From IMG/VR virus record IMGVR_UViG_3300021375_000006: DNA of 64,000 nucleotides. One strand, written 5' to 3'. Position 1 is the first letter of the stretch; every line of letters starts with the position of its first letter. Below the pieces are notes generated by a model, which worked only from the letters and a program-made list of their open reading frames with translations, had not been told where the DNA came from and made no database searches. Source of the stretch: a virus (lineage: Duplodnaviria; Caudoviricetes). Shown here one piece after another: positions 26,924-37,613 of the stretch. The position numbers and the translations under genes are program-made.

Positions 26924-29008
26924 TTACGAACAAGTCCCTTCAAAGGTTATAGTACCGTTACCTGATGACCATGTTGGACCGCCCGGGAATAAATCGTAAT
27001 CAACCTCATGACATATTGTCATTGAAGGAGTTCCGTAGCCAGGACAACCGGGGTGGACTTGACCAATTGGAGATGACATTTGTACAGTTCCGTCACAATC
27101 ACGCCATTGGAGTATATTACACTCGTTCGTGTATGAACTAGTTACAGTATACTCGTTACAAAGCGGTGGTGCTTGTGTTGTCGCCGGAGTTTGTGTTGTT
27201 GTCGCAACAATATTCCATCTTGCCCAAAGATTTAATTTATCATAAATTCCATCAACCCCTGTATATGCTGATATTGGTGGTTGGTCTCCAGTACTATAAA
27301 CTGTACCAGTACCCATATAACTAGTATTCCAAGAATCAAATGTGTAACCGTCGCGTACGTATGCTGTATTAGCGTATACTGATAATGGGTGTGTACCAGT
27401 TTGATCTGGGATTCCCGTTGACCCACTACCAAGAGTACCACCATTAGGATCGTAACTAATCTTGTATACAGGTGTACCAACTGCAGTATCTTGTGCAACC
27501 ACTTGGGCTCCTGCGTTACTATATCCACTAGGTACTGTAAGAACTAAAGAATAAGTCTCTGAACCTTCTACCATAATTGATGGGTTAAACGTTACTACGC
27601 TAGGACCATTCTGTGCCCAAGTCCATTGGGTTGTGCTACCTTCTACGCCGTCACTAACAGATAGGCCAGCCATCGATGCTGTATATTCTGGTAAAGGAGC
27701 TTGTGTTGTCGCCGGAGCTTGTGTTGTTGTCGCCGGAGCTTGTGTTGTTGTCGCCGGAACAGCGTTCTGTGAAACAGAGATAGTTCCTATCGTATTCGGA
27801 TCTTGTGGGTGTTTAATAGATAAGCTACCACTTCTAGCAGAATATGATGTGTTCGCTTCTACTGTAATATCAATAGAACCTGCAACAGATGCATCAAAAG
27901 TAATCCAGCTAGGTTTACTAGTAATATCACTTGCACTAAATATTAAGTTATCAACAGGACCTGTTTGAATAAACAGTTCTATACCTCCTCCTGCATTACT
28001 CAATCCTGTAAGTACATTTGGATTTTCAAAGCTAATTGTATAATTAGTTGGTGCTTGTGTAGTTGTCACCGGAGCTTGCGTTGTCGTAGTCACTTGAACA
28101 CCAGCCCAATCATTACCAGTATTATCATACTCGTAACTTTCAGTAGGTGGCGTTAATCCAATACTTGGATCGATTGATGTATAAGGAGTACCATATTGAT
28201 TAACTAAAAGATCTCCGTCTGGTTCGATGTTAATAGTATAACCTCCACCGCCTTGACCACAAGGAGCCATACAGAAGTCTACCCAAGTAATATTAGTACC
28301 GTCAGAAATACCACCTTGGAATACATTAGTACTAGAGTTATATCTAATAAGACCTGTATCTGGAGATAATGTATTATTTGCAGGTACTTTAAATGATGAG
28401 TTATCTGCAATAGAAAATCTATTAAAAGCAGCATTAAACTCTACATTAACTGCAGCATCTAAATCAAATGATTTTCCAAAAGTATATTTAACAGAGTTAT
28501 CTGCCTCATCGCTAGAAGATATATCAATAGATACATTTTTACCATTATTATCAGCACCGTGCCATAGTCTTAAATATTCATCAGAGTCTAAACCGCCTTG
28601 TACGCCCTGTGCATGTTTACCAATAGTTAATGTAGCTCTTAAAGTAGTCCAACCATCTGCTGGTGTATTTTCATTAAAAGTCTGATCCCCTAAAAATATA
28701 GTAGGGTGTAAATTATCAGTTGTAATTTTAGGCTTTAATATAGAATAAGTCTCATTAGCTGAGTCAGGATTGACATTAATAACATGCCATGGTGAAGTTG
28801 TAGCGCCTGTTAAACCTTGTGGCCCAACATCACCTTTTTGCCCCTTGCTACCAGTGTTACCCTTGGTACCTTGTATACCTTGGGAACCCTTCTGACCAGA
28901 AGGACCTCCTCCATTCGCTACAATTTGATCAAAGTTATAGTTTATCTTCTCAAACTTAATAGCGTCCGAATCACTAGGGTGTAGTATTTCTTGTATATTA
29001 ATGGCCAT
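26924..29008 (-). CDS. Tail fibre / receptor-binding protein (collagen, BACON-like and InlB B-repeat-like domains, Thr-rich linkers)
   Basis: N-terminal SDS...KINYNF (gp9/gp10-type trimer motif); about 12 Gly-X-Y triplets; SWITF...VEANT...RSG (BACON-like); YDPNGG...GYTFDSWNT...G..Y..G (B-repeat-like). Confidence 0.7.
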   Translation of the reverse strand: MAINIQEILHPSDSDAIKFEKINYNFDQIVANGGGPSGQKGSQGIQGTKGNTGSKGQKGDVGPQGLTGATTSPWHVINVNPDSANETYSILKPKITTDNLHPTIFLGDQTFNENTPADGWTTLRATLTIGKHAQGVQGGLDSDEYLRLWHGADNNGKNVSIDISSSDEADNSVKYTFGKSFDLDAAVNVEFNAAFNRFSIADNSSFKVPANNTLSPDTGLIRYNSSTNVFQGGISDGTNITWVDFCMAPCGQGGGGYTINIEPDGDLLVNQYGTPYTSIDPSIGLTPPTESYEYDNTGNDWAGVQVTTTTQAPVTTTQAPTNYTISFENPNVLTGLSNAGGGIELFIQTGPVDNLIFSASDITSKPSWITFDASVAGSIDITVEANTSYSARSGSLSIKHPQDPNTIGTISVSQNAVPATTTQAPATTTQAPATTQAPLPEYTASMAGLSVSDGVEGSTTQWTWAQNGPSVVTFNPSIMVEGSETYSLVLTVPSGYSNAGAQVVAQDTAVGTPVYKISYDPNGGTLGSGSTGIPDQTGTHPLSVYANTAYVRDGYTFDSWNTSYMGTGTVYSTGDQPPISAYTGVDGIYDKLNLWARWNIVATTTQTPATTQAPPLCNEYTVTSSYTNECNILQWRDCDGTVQMSSPIGQVHPGCPGYGTPSMTICHEVDYDLFPGGPTWSSGNGTITFEGTCS
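27697..27760. repeat. 18/21-nt tandem repeat encoding (A)TTTQAP linkers
   Basis: ggagcttgtgttgt(tgt)cgcc x3, with near-identical copies at about 27166-27200 and 28050-28090. Confidence 0.9.
28799..28906 (-). repeat. Collagen-like Gly-X-Y repeat
   Basis: GPSGQKGSQGIQGTKGNTGSKGQKGDVGPQGLTGAT. Confidence 0.9.
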
Positions 29009-29012
29009 CTTC

Positions 29013-32000
29013 TTATGACGTTATTTTTATCATAGGTCTTATTCTATAAGAGTAACCTAATCTTTTATTATATATCAATCTAAAATTAAGGGGCTTTTGT
29101 TCGTGCGCCTTAAAAGTAAAGTTTTGGTCTTGTGTATATCCACCATCGTCTAATGCGTCGATAGTAGCTGCATTTTCAAAAGCTGAAAACTGTCCTTTGA
29201 TTCTACGCGTAAATAGCTTAATTTGATTTAAGCTAAATAGGTTGACCAAATTTTCTTCAATATAAAGTTGGGCATCATCAACCAAAGTGGTTTTATCTTC
29301 AGCAGAATCAGCCACGGCAACATATTGTTGAATTGCATTGAATACTCCATCCGACGATAATTTATTTTTAATAGTATCTGTAATATAAAAATCTACAATA
29401 ATGTTATCTTTATTTTCAAATATAACTAAATCAGTAGTATTAGTATTATCTAATAAAATTACGTCTTGTTCTTCTTCTGACCCAACATACTCTGAAGTAA
29501 AATTAAGTAAATTATAGCTATCTTTTACTTTCATAATAGTTGAAGCCAAATATGATTTCTCTTCTTTAGTTTCAAATGTACCAGGTACCTGTTCAATATT
29601 TCCACCGGATAAAGATCTAGTATAATAGTTTTTATCCCATGAAGATTTAAACACATGTACGTCTTTTTTATCAATAGCAACTTCACCAATTAATGGGTAA
29701 AGAGGTAGTTTATCTGTAGACGTAGATAGTTTAGTTACCGATGCGGCGTTAAATTCATTTACCTTTCTATAGAAATGGTTTTTAATATAACCCCATTGAT
29801 TATCATGAGTACCACCGTCGTATATAAATCCTAAGTTAAATGCAACACCACATCTATTATATCTCTTATAGTAATCTTTTGCAAGATTAATTTCATTTAT
29901 ATCTGTTAGAGAGTGTTTATACATTTGTTCTTCTAAAATTATCTCTGTAGAATCCGATGTACTCTGTAAAGTATTAGTTTTCATGTGGCCATATACATCT
30001 GTAAAAGTAACCACAGGTTTAGTATCAACTGTATATCCACCATTTTGTCTAACTAGGAATGGATAGTATGTAAAACCATCTGTTAAATCATAACCAATAT
30101 TACCTGAAAACAGTTTAAAAGATTCTGGCTTATCCGTATCAGGAATAGTTTGTACTTTAGAGTCTTTTACAATTTCAGTACCATCTTCTAAATTAATAAC
30201 AAACTGGTTATTTAAAACTTGACCATCATTATTTACGGTTGTAAATACTATATTGTTAGGTTCTCTTAATAACATTGTCGCTACATCTCTAGCGGATAAT
30301 GCGTCTAAAATAGATTTATATGCATTTATACCTCCTTTTTCATAAGTATATTCTGCAGTTGATTGTAAATACGCAGGTATATTTTGTAAATTTGCATTTG
30401 GTGTTAGTGGAACACCATTTGAATCTAACTCGTCACCATTATCACCATCTGAAATATCTTTAGGTGGTTGTGTTAATACTAAAGTATCTTGTCCATCTAA
30501 CCTTGCGATATTTAATCTTAAGAACATCTCACCGAATGGAGATTCTATCTTAACTATTAAGTTACCAAACTTAGAATCATCATCCTTATTAATTTGCTCT
30601 AAAAATTGAGGAATTGAACCATCAGTATGCTGGAATCCATTTACCTCTAAATAATTAGAAGCACTTGGGTCTGTAAAATTAGCATCTCGTAAGTTAAGAG
30701 CTCCATCAATTTTAATATCTGAATATTCAAATGTTAGGTTTTCTGCTTTCCAAACTAATGAATGGTTTAATTCATATAATAATTTTCTGTTTAAAGTACC
30801 ATCTGACCATAAATCATCTAGACTTAATGAAATCATAAAGACAACAAATTTAAACTTTTTATTTTGTATCACTTCATAGTCGATACCATTTGATTCTTGT
30901 GCTGTTTTTACATTTAGTAAAATACTAAATCTATATCCATTAAATTCAGAAGACTTAATAAAATCTACTGGATTAGAGGCAGTAAACTCTTTTCTACCTT
31001 TAAATATAAATTTCAAACCTTTAAATATAGTACTTGCAAATGCAGTATTATTACCACCTTCGACTCTAGCATACTTTTTCTGTCTAGCTGTTTTTACAAA
31101 AGTCTTATAGTTATTATTACCCTTTGTCTCAAATCCTTCTGTTACAAAGAATCTATCAAAATAATCATAATTAGTATCTTTAAATATAGCAGGAGTAATC
31201 TCAAAGTTATCCATAAAGTTAATATAACTAAAAGAATCATTTAGCCTATATACAGGATTAGCATCACTACCCACGTTATTCTTAAAATAAGCTGGTAAAT
31301 TATTAATGTAAAACCACTCATGAGTCATACCTAATCTATTTCTACCATCGGCAGATAAATCAGGTGCAAAATTAGATCTACCGAAAGCCTCATTAGCGTT
31401 TAGGTAGTATGGTTGTTCTCTAACAGTTAAGCTATCTTTTAAAACCCATTTATTAATAGAAGGTACTACTCTTGAATTGATAGCATATTCTTTTAAATAG
31501 TTTTCTTGTAATCTATCAAACTCACTAGTAATTTGATTTTCATTAAACTCATCTGCTTGTTCTTCTAATAAAATATCACTTAATCCGCTAAAATAATCAA
31601 CTGGATTTAACGTATATTCTGTGTTCTCTTTACTACCAAATGGGTATATGTCATTTGAATCATCTTGTTCAGGCTCGTATGCTATATTAGCAGGAGTCTC
31701 GTAAACTAACTCTTTTAAGTCTGAGTTTGAAGTATCATAAAAATCAAAATTCATATCATGAATATCAAACGCAGAAAATAAACCTACTTTAACTAGATTA
31801 TCTGCATAGGTTTTAATTTCACCAGCCTCAATCGTATTAGGTTTTTCCAATACAATTTTCTTATATTGTAAAGGTAATCTTTCAATATCATCTACAATAT
31901 CAATAACTTTATTATAGATCCCTCTAGATTTTGTATTAATATAATCATTTACATTAATATCACTAGCAGAATCTAATGTTACTAATATTGATTTGCCAGT

Positions 32001-35000
32001 TGAATTACCACCATTGAAATAATAAATTGAACTATTATTAATTGTGTTACAGTTCTCTGGGCTATCACACACATTAATATCTAATCTAAGTAAATTATTT
32101 ACATCTAAATTATTTGAATCAACACTAATCCACTGATTAGCATTTGCATTAGGGATTGCAATACCTGCAGATAATAGTCTATAACCTTGTACATCTGTTT
32201 TAATATAGAAGTGGTCAGCTCCATCGTATGATAGTGCTGTAAACCCATTATCTATAGAATTAATAGATTTCACTATTGCACTTGTAACTTGAGGTATGGT
32301 TCCTTGGTTAGAGAAATTAACTCCACCAAATTGACCTGCTGGTATATCTAAAGCAAAGAATGTATTATTATCAATATCATAAGGTACTTGTAGCTCTTCA
32401 ATTCTAACAATAGAATTATTAACACCACTTAATTGCCCTGGAATAAAATCAGGCTGTAATGGTTTTAATGTAGCTCTTTTTTCTGATAATATAATAGATC
32501 TATCTGACTCTACCTCAATGTTTAAATTATTGTAAAGTTCTGGATATATCTTTGCTCCAGTAAATTGGTCTTCCTCTCCAATCCTAGCTTGAATATAATT
32601 AGCAACACCTTGTATACCCTGTCCATCGATATAAATAGGCCCAAACTCTAACAATTGGCCATCAGTAGGATTAACTATTGTAAATTTCCAATCCTCTTGT
32701 CCTAGCGATTGTTGTGGAATTAGCCTAGTAAACTTAAGTCTATATGTTTGTTCTTTTGAAGGGAATATTGCAAACCCATCGTTTATAGCAGGGTTATCTA
32801 AGATACTTACCTTTACAAAGTCACTGCCTGGTTTTCCATCAACCTTTATATCGATCGAATTTCCAGTTTCAGCTAATTTAATTTCTGAAGCAATTGAATT
32901 TCTAGAATCTTCAACATTTAACTCTAGGTTACTAGGGTTGTATACTGTTTTTGAAGATATTTTATAGAATTTATCAGATGTTGCCGCGTACCCTAATGTA
33001 GGAGTTTCAGATATTAATTTATATGGTGGAATAGCAGATGAATTTTCGCTATTAATATATGAATTAATATTTTTAAACTTAAGTCTTCCTGTGTTTGCAG
33101 AATCTAATGTACCGTAACCTGAATCAATATCATTTACATATAAACCAAAATATCTACTAACAGAATAATCAGTAGCAGCGTTATCATTAAATAGGAACTC
33201 TAGGTTAATTAAATTTGCACATGCTAATTTATTTCTTTGGAACCCACTTGTAATTAACTCATTAGCATCGATTAACGTAGAATCTTGACTAATAAAATCG
33301 CTATCTAAATACTCTCCTTTAGAAGTAAACCCTCCGTTTTTTAAATCAATACCATTAAATGAAGACCTTTGTAATTTATCAAAGTTCATTGTAATTGGAG
33401 TTTTAGGGAATGACTCAGATTGTATATGGTTTCTAATATATGTACCTAATTCAGAATCTCTAGATAAATCAAATGTTTTTACAATTTCACTATTCTTTAA
33501 AATCTCTTTTATATTATCTAAATTAGATTGTGTATCAAAGTCTAAAGTACCAATAGGATCTTTTACTCTAAAGATTACAAATTTGTTAGGTATTATTTTA
33601 TCTAACCAAATAGGAGCCATCATTCTAAAGTCTTCATCATGTATCTTAGAATAGTTATAGACTGTACCGTAATGGTAATCCTCTTCTATTTGATTTTCAA
33701 AAGTATCTTGTACTGCAAAGTTTGAGTAAGACTCTTTTACTTTGTATATTTGATCTGCAGGAGTTTTAGTATTTTTAAAGAATCTTTGTAGATCGTATGA
33801 CCATTGTCCATCTTTATTAACTGCCCATTTTTTATATTCAACTGATGCTAATTCTTTTGTAGCCTCTATTGACTCAATATACATTTTACCATTACTATTA
33901 ACTACTAGCTTCGCGTTAGTTGATAATTTAGGGTTTGTTCTTAATAGTGGTTTAGAAATATCATCTAAACTATAATTCTTTTCTAAGTCAAAATTAGGAA
34001 TTGATTTGTTAATAATATCAGCATCATCAACAGTCGCTAATGTGTATGTTTGGGGCAACTCTGTTTGCATCAAACAACCTTCACAATCAGTATATCCATA
34101 ATTAATTACAGCCGCAGAGGATAGCCCTAAATCAACTGGGTTAACCTGAACAGTTCTAATAGAATCATTGTTATATTCTGTTATATTATCTAATATATCT
34201 TGAGCATCATCAATATTAACAGCAACAATTTTATGTTGCATTGACATACACTCTAATACAGTAGGACCGTTTATTATTCCTCTATCACCAATAACCTCAT
34301 GTAATTCTTTTATATAAGAACTCCCATTTTCGGTATCTTTATGTAAACCATCTATGACATATAAATTCCAATAAGGAGATCCATCTTGAAATCTTGCAAC
34401 ACATGATAAAAATGCATAAAATACATTTTCTCTAGAAGCAATCGACTGGAATATATTAAATGTAGAAGAACCTGCAGGTCTTTCAAACTGAGTACTACAT
34501 GTACCTAAAATTATATTAGTATCTTCGGTGCCAGCATTACCAGTACTACCTTGTAATAAATCTGTATCGTTTCCAACTACGCCCTTCCATACATAGTTAC
34601 CAGTATAACCACTTGAGTTATAGTTTTCCCAAACAGCAAATCGCCTATCTGTGTCTAATGAATAAGTTGCATTATTGGAACTATCAACGATAACCTTACT
34701 AGCTAAGAACGTAGTACTTGGCCATGATAATCCATAATCAACTTGGTGCGCAGCCTCTAATGAAGTAAACGGTACTATATTATGTTGTAATATGTATTGT
34801 AATTTAGCCAATTCAGATAAAGACCCTACTCCATCTTCTTGATTAGCTCTAAAATAAAGTTTTGTAAGAACTAAATCACTGTCATTAGCTAAACAAACAT
34901 TATCAATTCTAATAGGATCTACTGTATTATAGTAAACACTAACATCGTATGTTTGGTATTTTATCCTTGCCGGGCAATCTTGTGCATACCCGTTACTTCC

Positions 35001-37547
35001 TTCTACCCAAGCACCTTGTTGAAATTCAAAGTATTTGTCATCACCGGCTGAATCATCATCATTATAGTAACCTGTTAATGCCGTAAACTCGGCAGGCGCA
35101 GAATTACTAAGATATGTATTAGCTATAACTTCATCAGTAAATATCTGTCCTCCTGCTGTAATAACTTGGCTTAATAAGACTGGCTGATTACTTTGATTTG
35201 TAGCATCTATTACGTTTTGCCAAACAGTTTGGCCGCCGTACTCATAAGTGCCTGCACATAAATCATTTACATCTTCATCAAAGTTAACTGTTAGTTCCCA
35301 TGCATTCCCTAAACTAACTTGACATTCTACAATAGTTTCTATTTTATCATAACCAAATGTATCAAGCTGTATAGCTTTGGCATCACCGCCACTATCAGCC
35401 GAAATCGATAACCATCTAGCATTTGGGTTAGAAGCACTAATCGGCGTTGCAAAAGCTGCATCTAAATAAATTTGATCTCCTGGCGTTAAATCAGCTATGC
35501 TAGTATTCCCGCTAGCTGCATCTAAATAACCAGTATTACTTCTAGTTGCTGAACAAGCTTCGTCCGAGTTTGTTACAAATGCAGAATACTTTATTGCAAC
35601 AGCTGTGGTTGGGTTAACAGTTATCACTACAGTATATGGGGTAGTTGCATCTGCATACCCATCATTAACCTGTATTACAAATGTAATTTGATCCTGTTGT
35701 GTTATATTATAGTTAGCCTCATACGTCCAAGCACCAGTTGTATTATCTAAATTTAAAGAACCTGGGTTAGTAATGCCACTCGAAGAAGTTGGCCCTGATA
35801 CGATACTCCATGCTAATGTATCTCCAGTATTAGAGTCAGAAGCAGATGCTGTACCACCAGTACTACTCCATTGATCTAAAGTAGTATTAAATGAAGTATT
35901 TGAAAATGTTGGAGGATTATTACCAGGTGCTAAAGTTCTTAATGTAATTGTACCAACACCACTTGATTCTTCACCATCTGTATCAGTTACCTTGTAATAA
36001 AAATACTCTTCTAGATTACTATTATTAGGTGTTAAATTAAGACTACTCTTTTTTGTATAAGTAAACGTAAAAGCACCTACGTTTGGGTTAACTACAAAAT
36101 CACCGTTCGTTAAACTTGCTGCAACTTGTGCTTCAGTTAGTGTATTACCGGTATTATCGCATAAAGTATATGTTAATGTTATGGGAGCATCATTATCATC
36201 TGTTGAACCAGCTGAGGCAAGATCTTGTTGTGTTGATATATTAGTAATACCAAATCCATTAATAGAATATGTTGCATCTCCAGGAACTGGGGCTTGATTT
36301 TGTGGCGGGTTAACTGTAACTTTAATAGTTCCAGATGCAGTTCCACCGTCACTATCTATTGCAGTATATGAAAAAGTATCTACCGCAGCAAAACCAGTAT
36401 TTGGTGTGTATATTATAGATGGTTGATTTCCAGTTAAAACATCACCTGCCGATAAATTTGACCCCTGTGCATTTGCATCCTGAATATTACCATTTTGCGA
36501 CACACTAGTCATTTCAATAGTTAATCCATTACCAAATTGATCTTCGACATCAGATACATTACCCTGTTGCCCTTGGTCAACTGACCAACCACTACCACTA
36601 GCAAAATTTAAAGTTATTGGAGTACCATTCATAGTCATAGTCCTACTAAAATTAGGAGCTACTGGAAAGTTATTACCACCGGTTTGTGAAATTGTGAAAC
36701 TTGTTGAAGCTACACTACCATTACTATACTCTGGATGTTGTAATGTAAAAGCTTGGCTTCTACCATTAGCAGTTGGGTTAGCATTAATATTAAATTCAAT
36801 ACTACCACCAGTTACAGTTGAAGATATAGTGGCTGAAATCCAATTAACTGTACTAGGATTAGGCACAATGTTACTCGAGTTAAATGCAGTTGAGTTATTT
36901 GTAATTGTAAAAATCCTAGTTGTACTATCTGCCCCGGCCGGAGCATTATATGTGGCATCATTATTCCAAGCAATCGCTGGAGCTAAAGTTGTCGTTGTAC
37001 CTGTCGCACTAGCTTGGCATGGTATAGTCTCACCGGAATTTGAATATCCAGTAGGTGCAATAACATCAACATCATAAGTTGTACTACCTAGTTGATATTC
37101 CGAAGGTGTGATAGTGCCTACTGTACCCTCATCTACAGCTACTGTAACAGTATCTCCAACTGCACCGGCTTGTATTAATACATTAGCTTCAGAACATGTA
37201 AACAGCGGTAGTGTTGTCGTTGTTTGAGCTATAGTTGTCGTACTTGTTGTAGTTGTCGTAAGTGTACTAACTAGACCTGCTGCATCTATTTGAACTGCAG
37301 CAATAGTACCATCTGATTTTTCAAATGCAAAAAAGTCATTTGTCCCTGCAAACGCATTACTTAAAGTACCTGAATCTGCATCAGGATTTTCATCATTGTT
37401 CTCGTAAACAGTTTCTCCGTTGGCAAGATCTAGCCCTGCCATATCAGCCCAAGCAGTAATAACAGTACCAGTCCCCCAGTTTGCTATCGCACTAGGTCCA
37501 TCGGTAAATCCAGTTGTAGTATTAAGTTGAAAACTTATATTTGCCAT
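29013..37547 (-). CDS. Giant virion protein, 2844 aa: N-terminal Ig/cadherin-like (Big) and BACON-like repeats, then a large C-terminal baseplate-type region
   Basis: Repeated N..P.A...YTP..GF...DTFSYT..D.DG motifs; Thr-rich linkers; late motif GATATATA at 37585-37592. Confidence 0.6.
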   Translation of the reverse strand: MANISFQLNTTTGFTDGPSAIANWGTGTVITAWADMAGLDLANGETVYENNDENPDADSGTLSNAFAGTNDFFAFEKSDGTIAAVQIDAAGLVSTLTTTTTSTTTIAQTTTTLPLFTCSEANVLIQAGAVGDTVTVAVDEGTVGTITPSEYQLGSTTYDVDVIAPTGYSNSGETIPCQASATGTTTTLAPAIAWNNDATYNAPAGADSTTRIFTITNNSTAFNSSNIVPNPSTVNWISATISSTVTGGSIEFNINANPTANGRSQAFTLQHPEYSNGSVASTSFTISQTGGNNFPVAPNFSRTMTMNGTPITLNFASGSGWSVDQGQQGNVSDVEDQFGNGLTIEMTSVSQNGNIQDANAQGSNLSAGDVLTGNQPSIIYTPNTGFAAVDTFSYTAIDSDGGTASGTIKVTVNPPQNQAPVPGDATYSINGFGITNISTQQDLASAGSTDDNDAPITLTYTLCDNTGNTLTEAQVAASLTNGDFVVNPNVGAFTFTYTKKSSLNLTPNNSNLEEYFYYKVTDTDGEESSGVGTITLRTLAPGNNPPTFSNTSFNTTLDQWSSTGGTASASDSNTGDTLAWSIVSGPTSSSGITNPGSLNLDNTTGAWTYEANYNITQQDQITFVIQVNDGYADATTPYTVVITVNPTTAVAIKYSAFVTNSDEACSATRSNTGYLDAASGNTSIADLTPGDQIYLDAAFATPISASNPNARWLSISADSGGDAKAIQLDTFGYDKIETIVECQVSLGNAWELTVNFDEDVNDLCAGTYEYGGQTVWQNVIDATNQSNQPVLLSQVITAGGQIFTDEVIANTYLSNSAPAEFTALTGYYNDDDSAGDDKYFEFQQGAWVEGSNGYAQDCPARIKYQTYDVSVYYNTVDPIRIDNVCLANDSDLVLTKLYFRANQEDGVGSLSELAKLQYILQHNIVPFTSLEAAHQVDYGLSWPSTTFLASKVIVDSSNNATYSLDTDRRFAVWENYNSSGYTGNYVWKGVVGNDTDLLQGSTGNAGTEDTNIILGTCSTQFERPAGSSTFNIFQSIASRENVFYAFLSCVARFQDGSPYWNLYVIDGLHKDTENGSSYIKELHEVIGDRGIINGPTVLECMSMQHKIVAVNIDDAQDILDNITEYNNDSIRTVQVNPVDLGLSSAAVINYGYTDCEGCLMQTELPQTYTLATVDDADIINKSIPNFDLEKNYSLDDISKPLLRTNPKLSTNAKLVVNSNGKMYIESIEATKELASVEYKKWAVNKDGQWSYDLQRFFKNTKTPADQIYKVKESYSNFAVQDTFENQIEEDYHYGTVYNYSKIHDEDFRMMAPIWLDKIIPNKFVIFRVKDPIGTLDFDTQSNLDNIKEILKNSEIVKTFDLSRDSELGTYIRNHIQSESFPKTPITMNFDKLQRSSFNGIDLKNGGFTSKGEYLDSDFISQDSTLIDANELITSGFQRNKLACANLINLEFLFNDNAATDYSVSRYFGLYVNDIDSGYGTLDSANTGRLKFKNINSYINSENSSAIPPYKLISETPTLGYAATSDKFYKISSKTVYNPSNLELNVEDSRNSIASEIKLAETGNSIDIKVDGKPGSDFVKVSILDNPAINDGFAIFPSKEQTYRLKFTRLIPQQSLGQEDWKFTIVNPTDGQLLEFGPIYIDGQGIQGVANYIQARIGEEDQFTGAKIYPELYNNLNIEVESDRSIILSEKRATLKPLQPDFIPGQLSGVNNSIVRIEELQVPYDIDNNTFFALDIPAGQFGGVNFSNQGTIPQVTSAIVKSINSIDNGFTALSYDGADHFYIKTDVQGYRLLSAGIAIPNANANQWISVDSNNLDVNNLLRLDINVCDSPENCNTINNSSIYYFNGGNSTGKSILVTLDSASDINVNDYINTKSRGIYNKVIDIVDDIERLPLQYKKIVLEKPNTIEAGEIKTYADNLVKVGLFSAFDIHDMNFDFYDTSNSDLKELVYETPANIAYEPEQDDSNDIYPFGSKENTEYTLNPVDYFSGLSDILLEEQADEFNENQITSEFDRLQENYLKEYAINSRVVPSINKWVLKDSLTVREQPYYLNANEAFGRSNFAPDLSADGRNRLGMTHEWFYINNLPAYFKNNVGSDANPVYRLNDSFSYINFMDNFEITPAIFKDTNYDYFDRFFVTEGFETKGNNNYKTFVKTARQKKYARVEGGNNTAFASTIFKGLKFIFKGRKEFTASNPVDFIKSSEFNGYRFSILLNVKTAQESNGIDYEVIQNKKFKFVVFMISLSLDDLWSDGTLNRKLLYELNHSLVWKAENLTFEYSDIKIDGALNLRDANFTDPSASNYLEVNGFQHTDGSIPQFLEQINKDDDSKFGNLIVKIESPFGEMFLRLNIARLDGQDTLVLTQPPKDISDGDNGDELDSNGVPLTPNANLQNIPAYLQSTAEYTYEKGGINAYKSILDALSARDVATMLLREPNNIVFTTVNNDGQVLNNQFVINLEDGTEIVKDSKVQTIPDTDKPESFKLFSGNIGYDLTDGFTYYPFLVRQNGGYTVDTKPVVTFTDVYGHMKTNTLQSTSDSTEIILEEQMYKHSLTDINEINLAKDYYKRYNRCGVAFNLGFIYDGGTHDNQWGYIKNHFYRKVNEFNAASVTKLSTSTDKLPLYPLIGEVAIDKKDVHVFKSSWDKNYYTRSLSGGNIEQVPGTFETKEEKSYLASTIMKVKDSYNLLNFTSEYVGSEEEQDVILLDNTNTTDLVIFENKDNIIVDFYITDTIKNKLSSDGVFNAIQQYVAVADSAEDKTTLVDDAQLYIEENLVNLFSLNQIKLFTRRIKGQFSAFENAATIDALDDGGYTQDQNFTFKAHEQKPLNFRLIYNKRLGYSYRIRPMIKITS

Positions 37548-37584
37548 TTAACTTTAATTCTATTTTAGAGAATTCCTTCTCTAG

Positions 37585-37592
37585 TATATATC
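37585..37592 (-). promoter_or_regulatory. Class-3 (putative late) promoter GATATATA, representative copy
   Basis: The same octamer precedes starts at 16005-16012, 20442-20449, 21090-21097(+), 23465-23472, 51262-51269, 52598-52605 and 62621-62628. The variant GAATATATA occurs at 11271-11279 and 52980-52988. Confidence 0.7.
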
Positions 37593-37613
37593 CTCACTTT
37601 GAGATACTACTTA

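Noticed and set aside
26924-37547. Diversity-generating retroelement targeting the fibres
   Set aside because: No reverse transcriptase and no TR/VR pair differing only at adenines were seen in this window.
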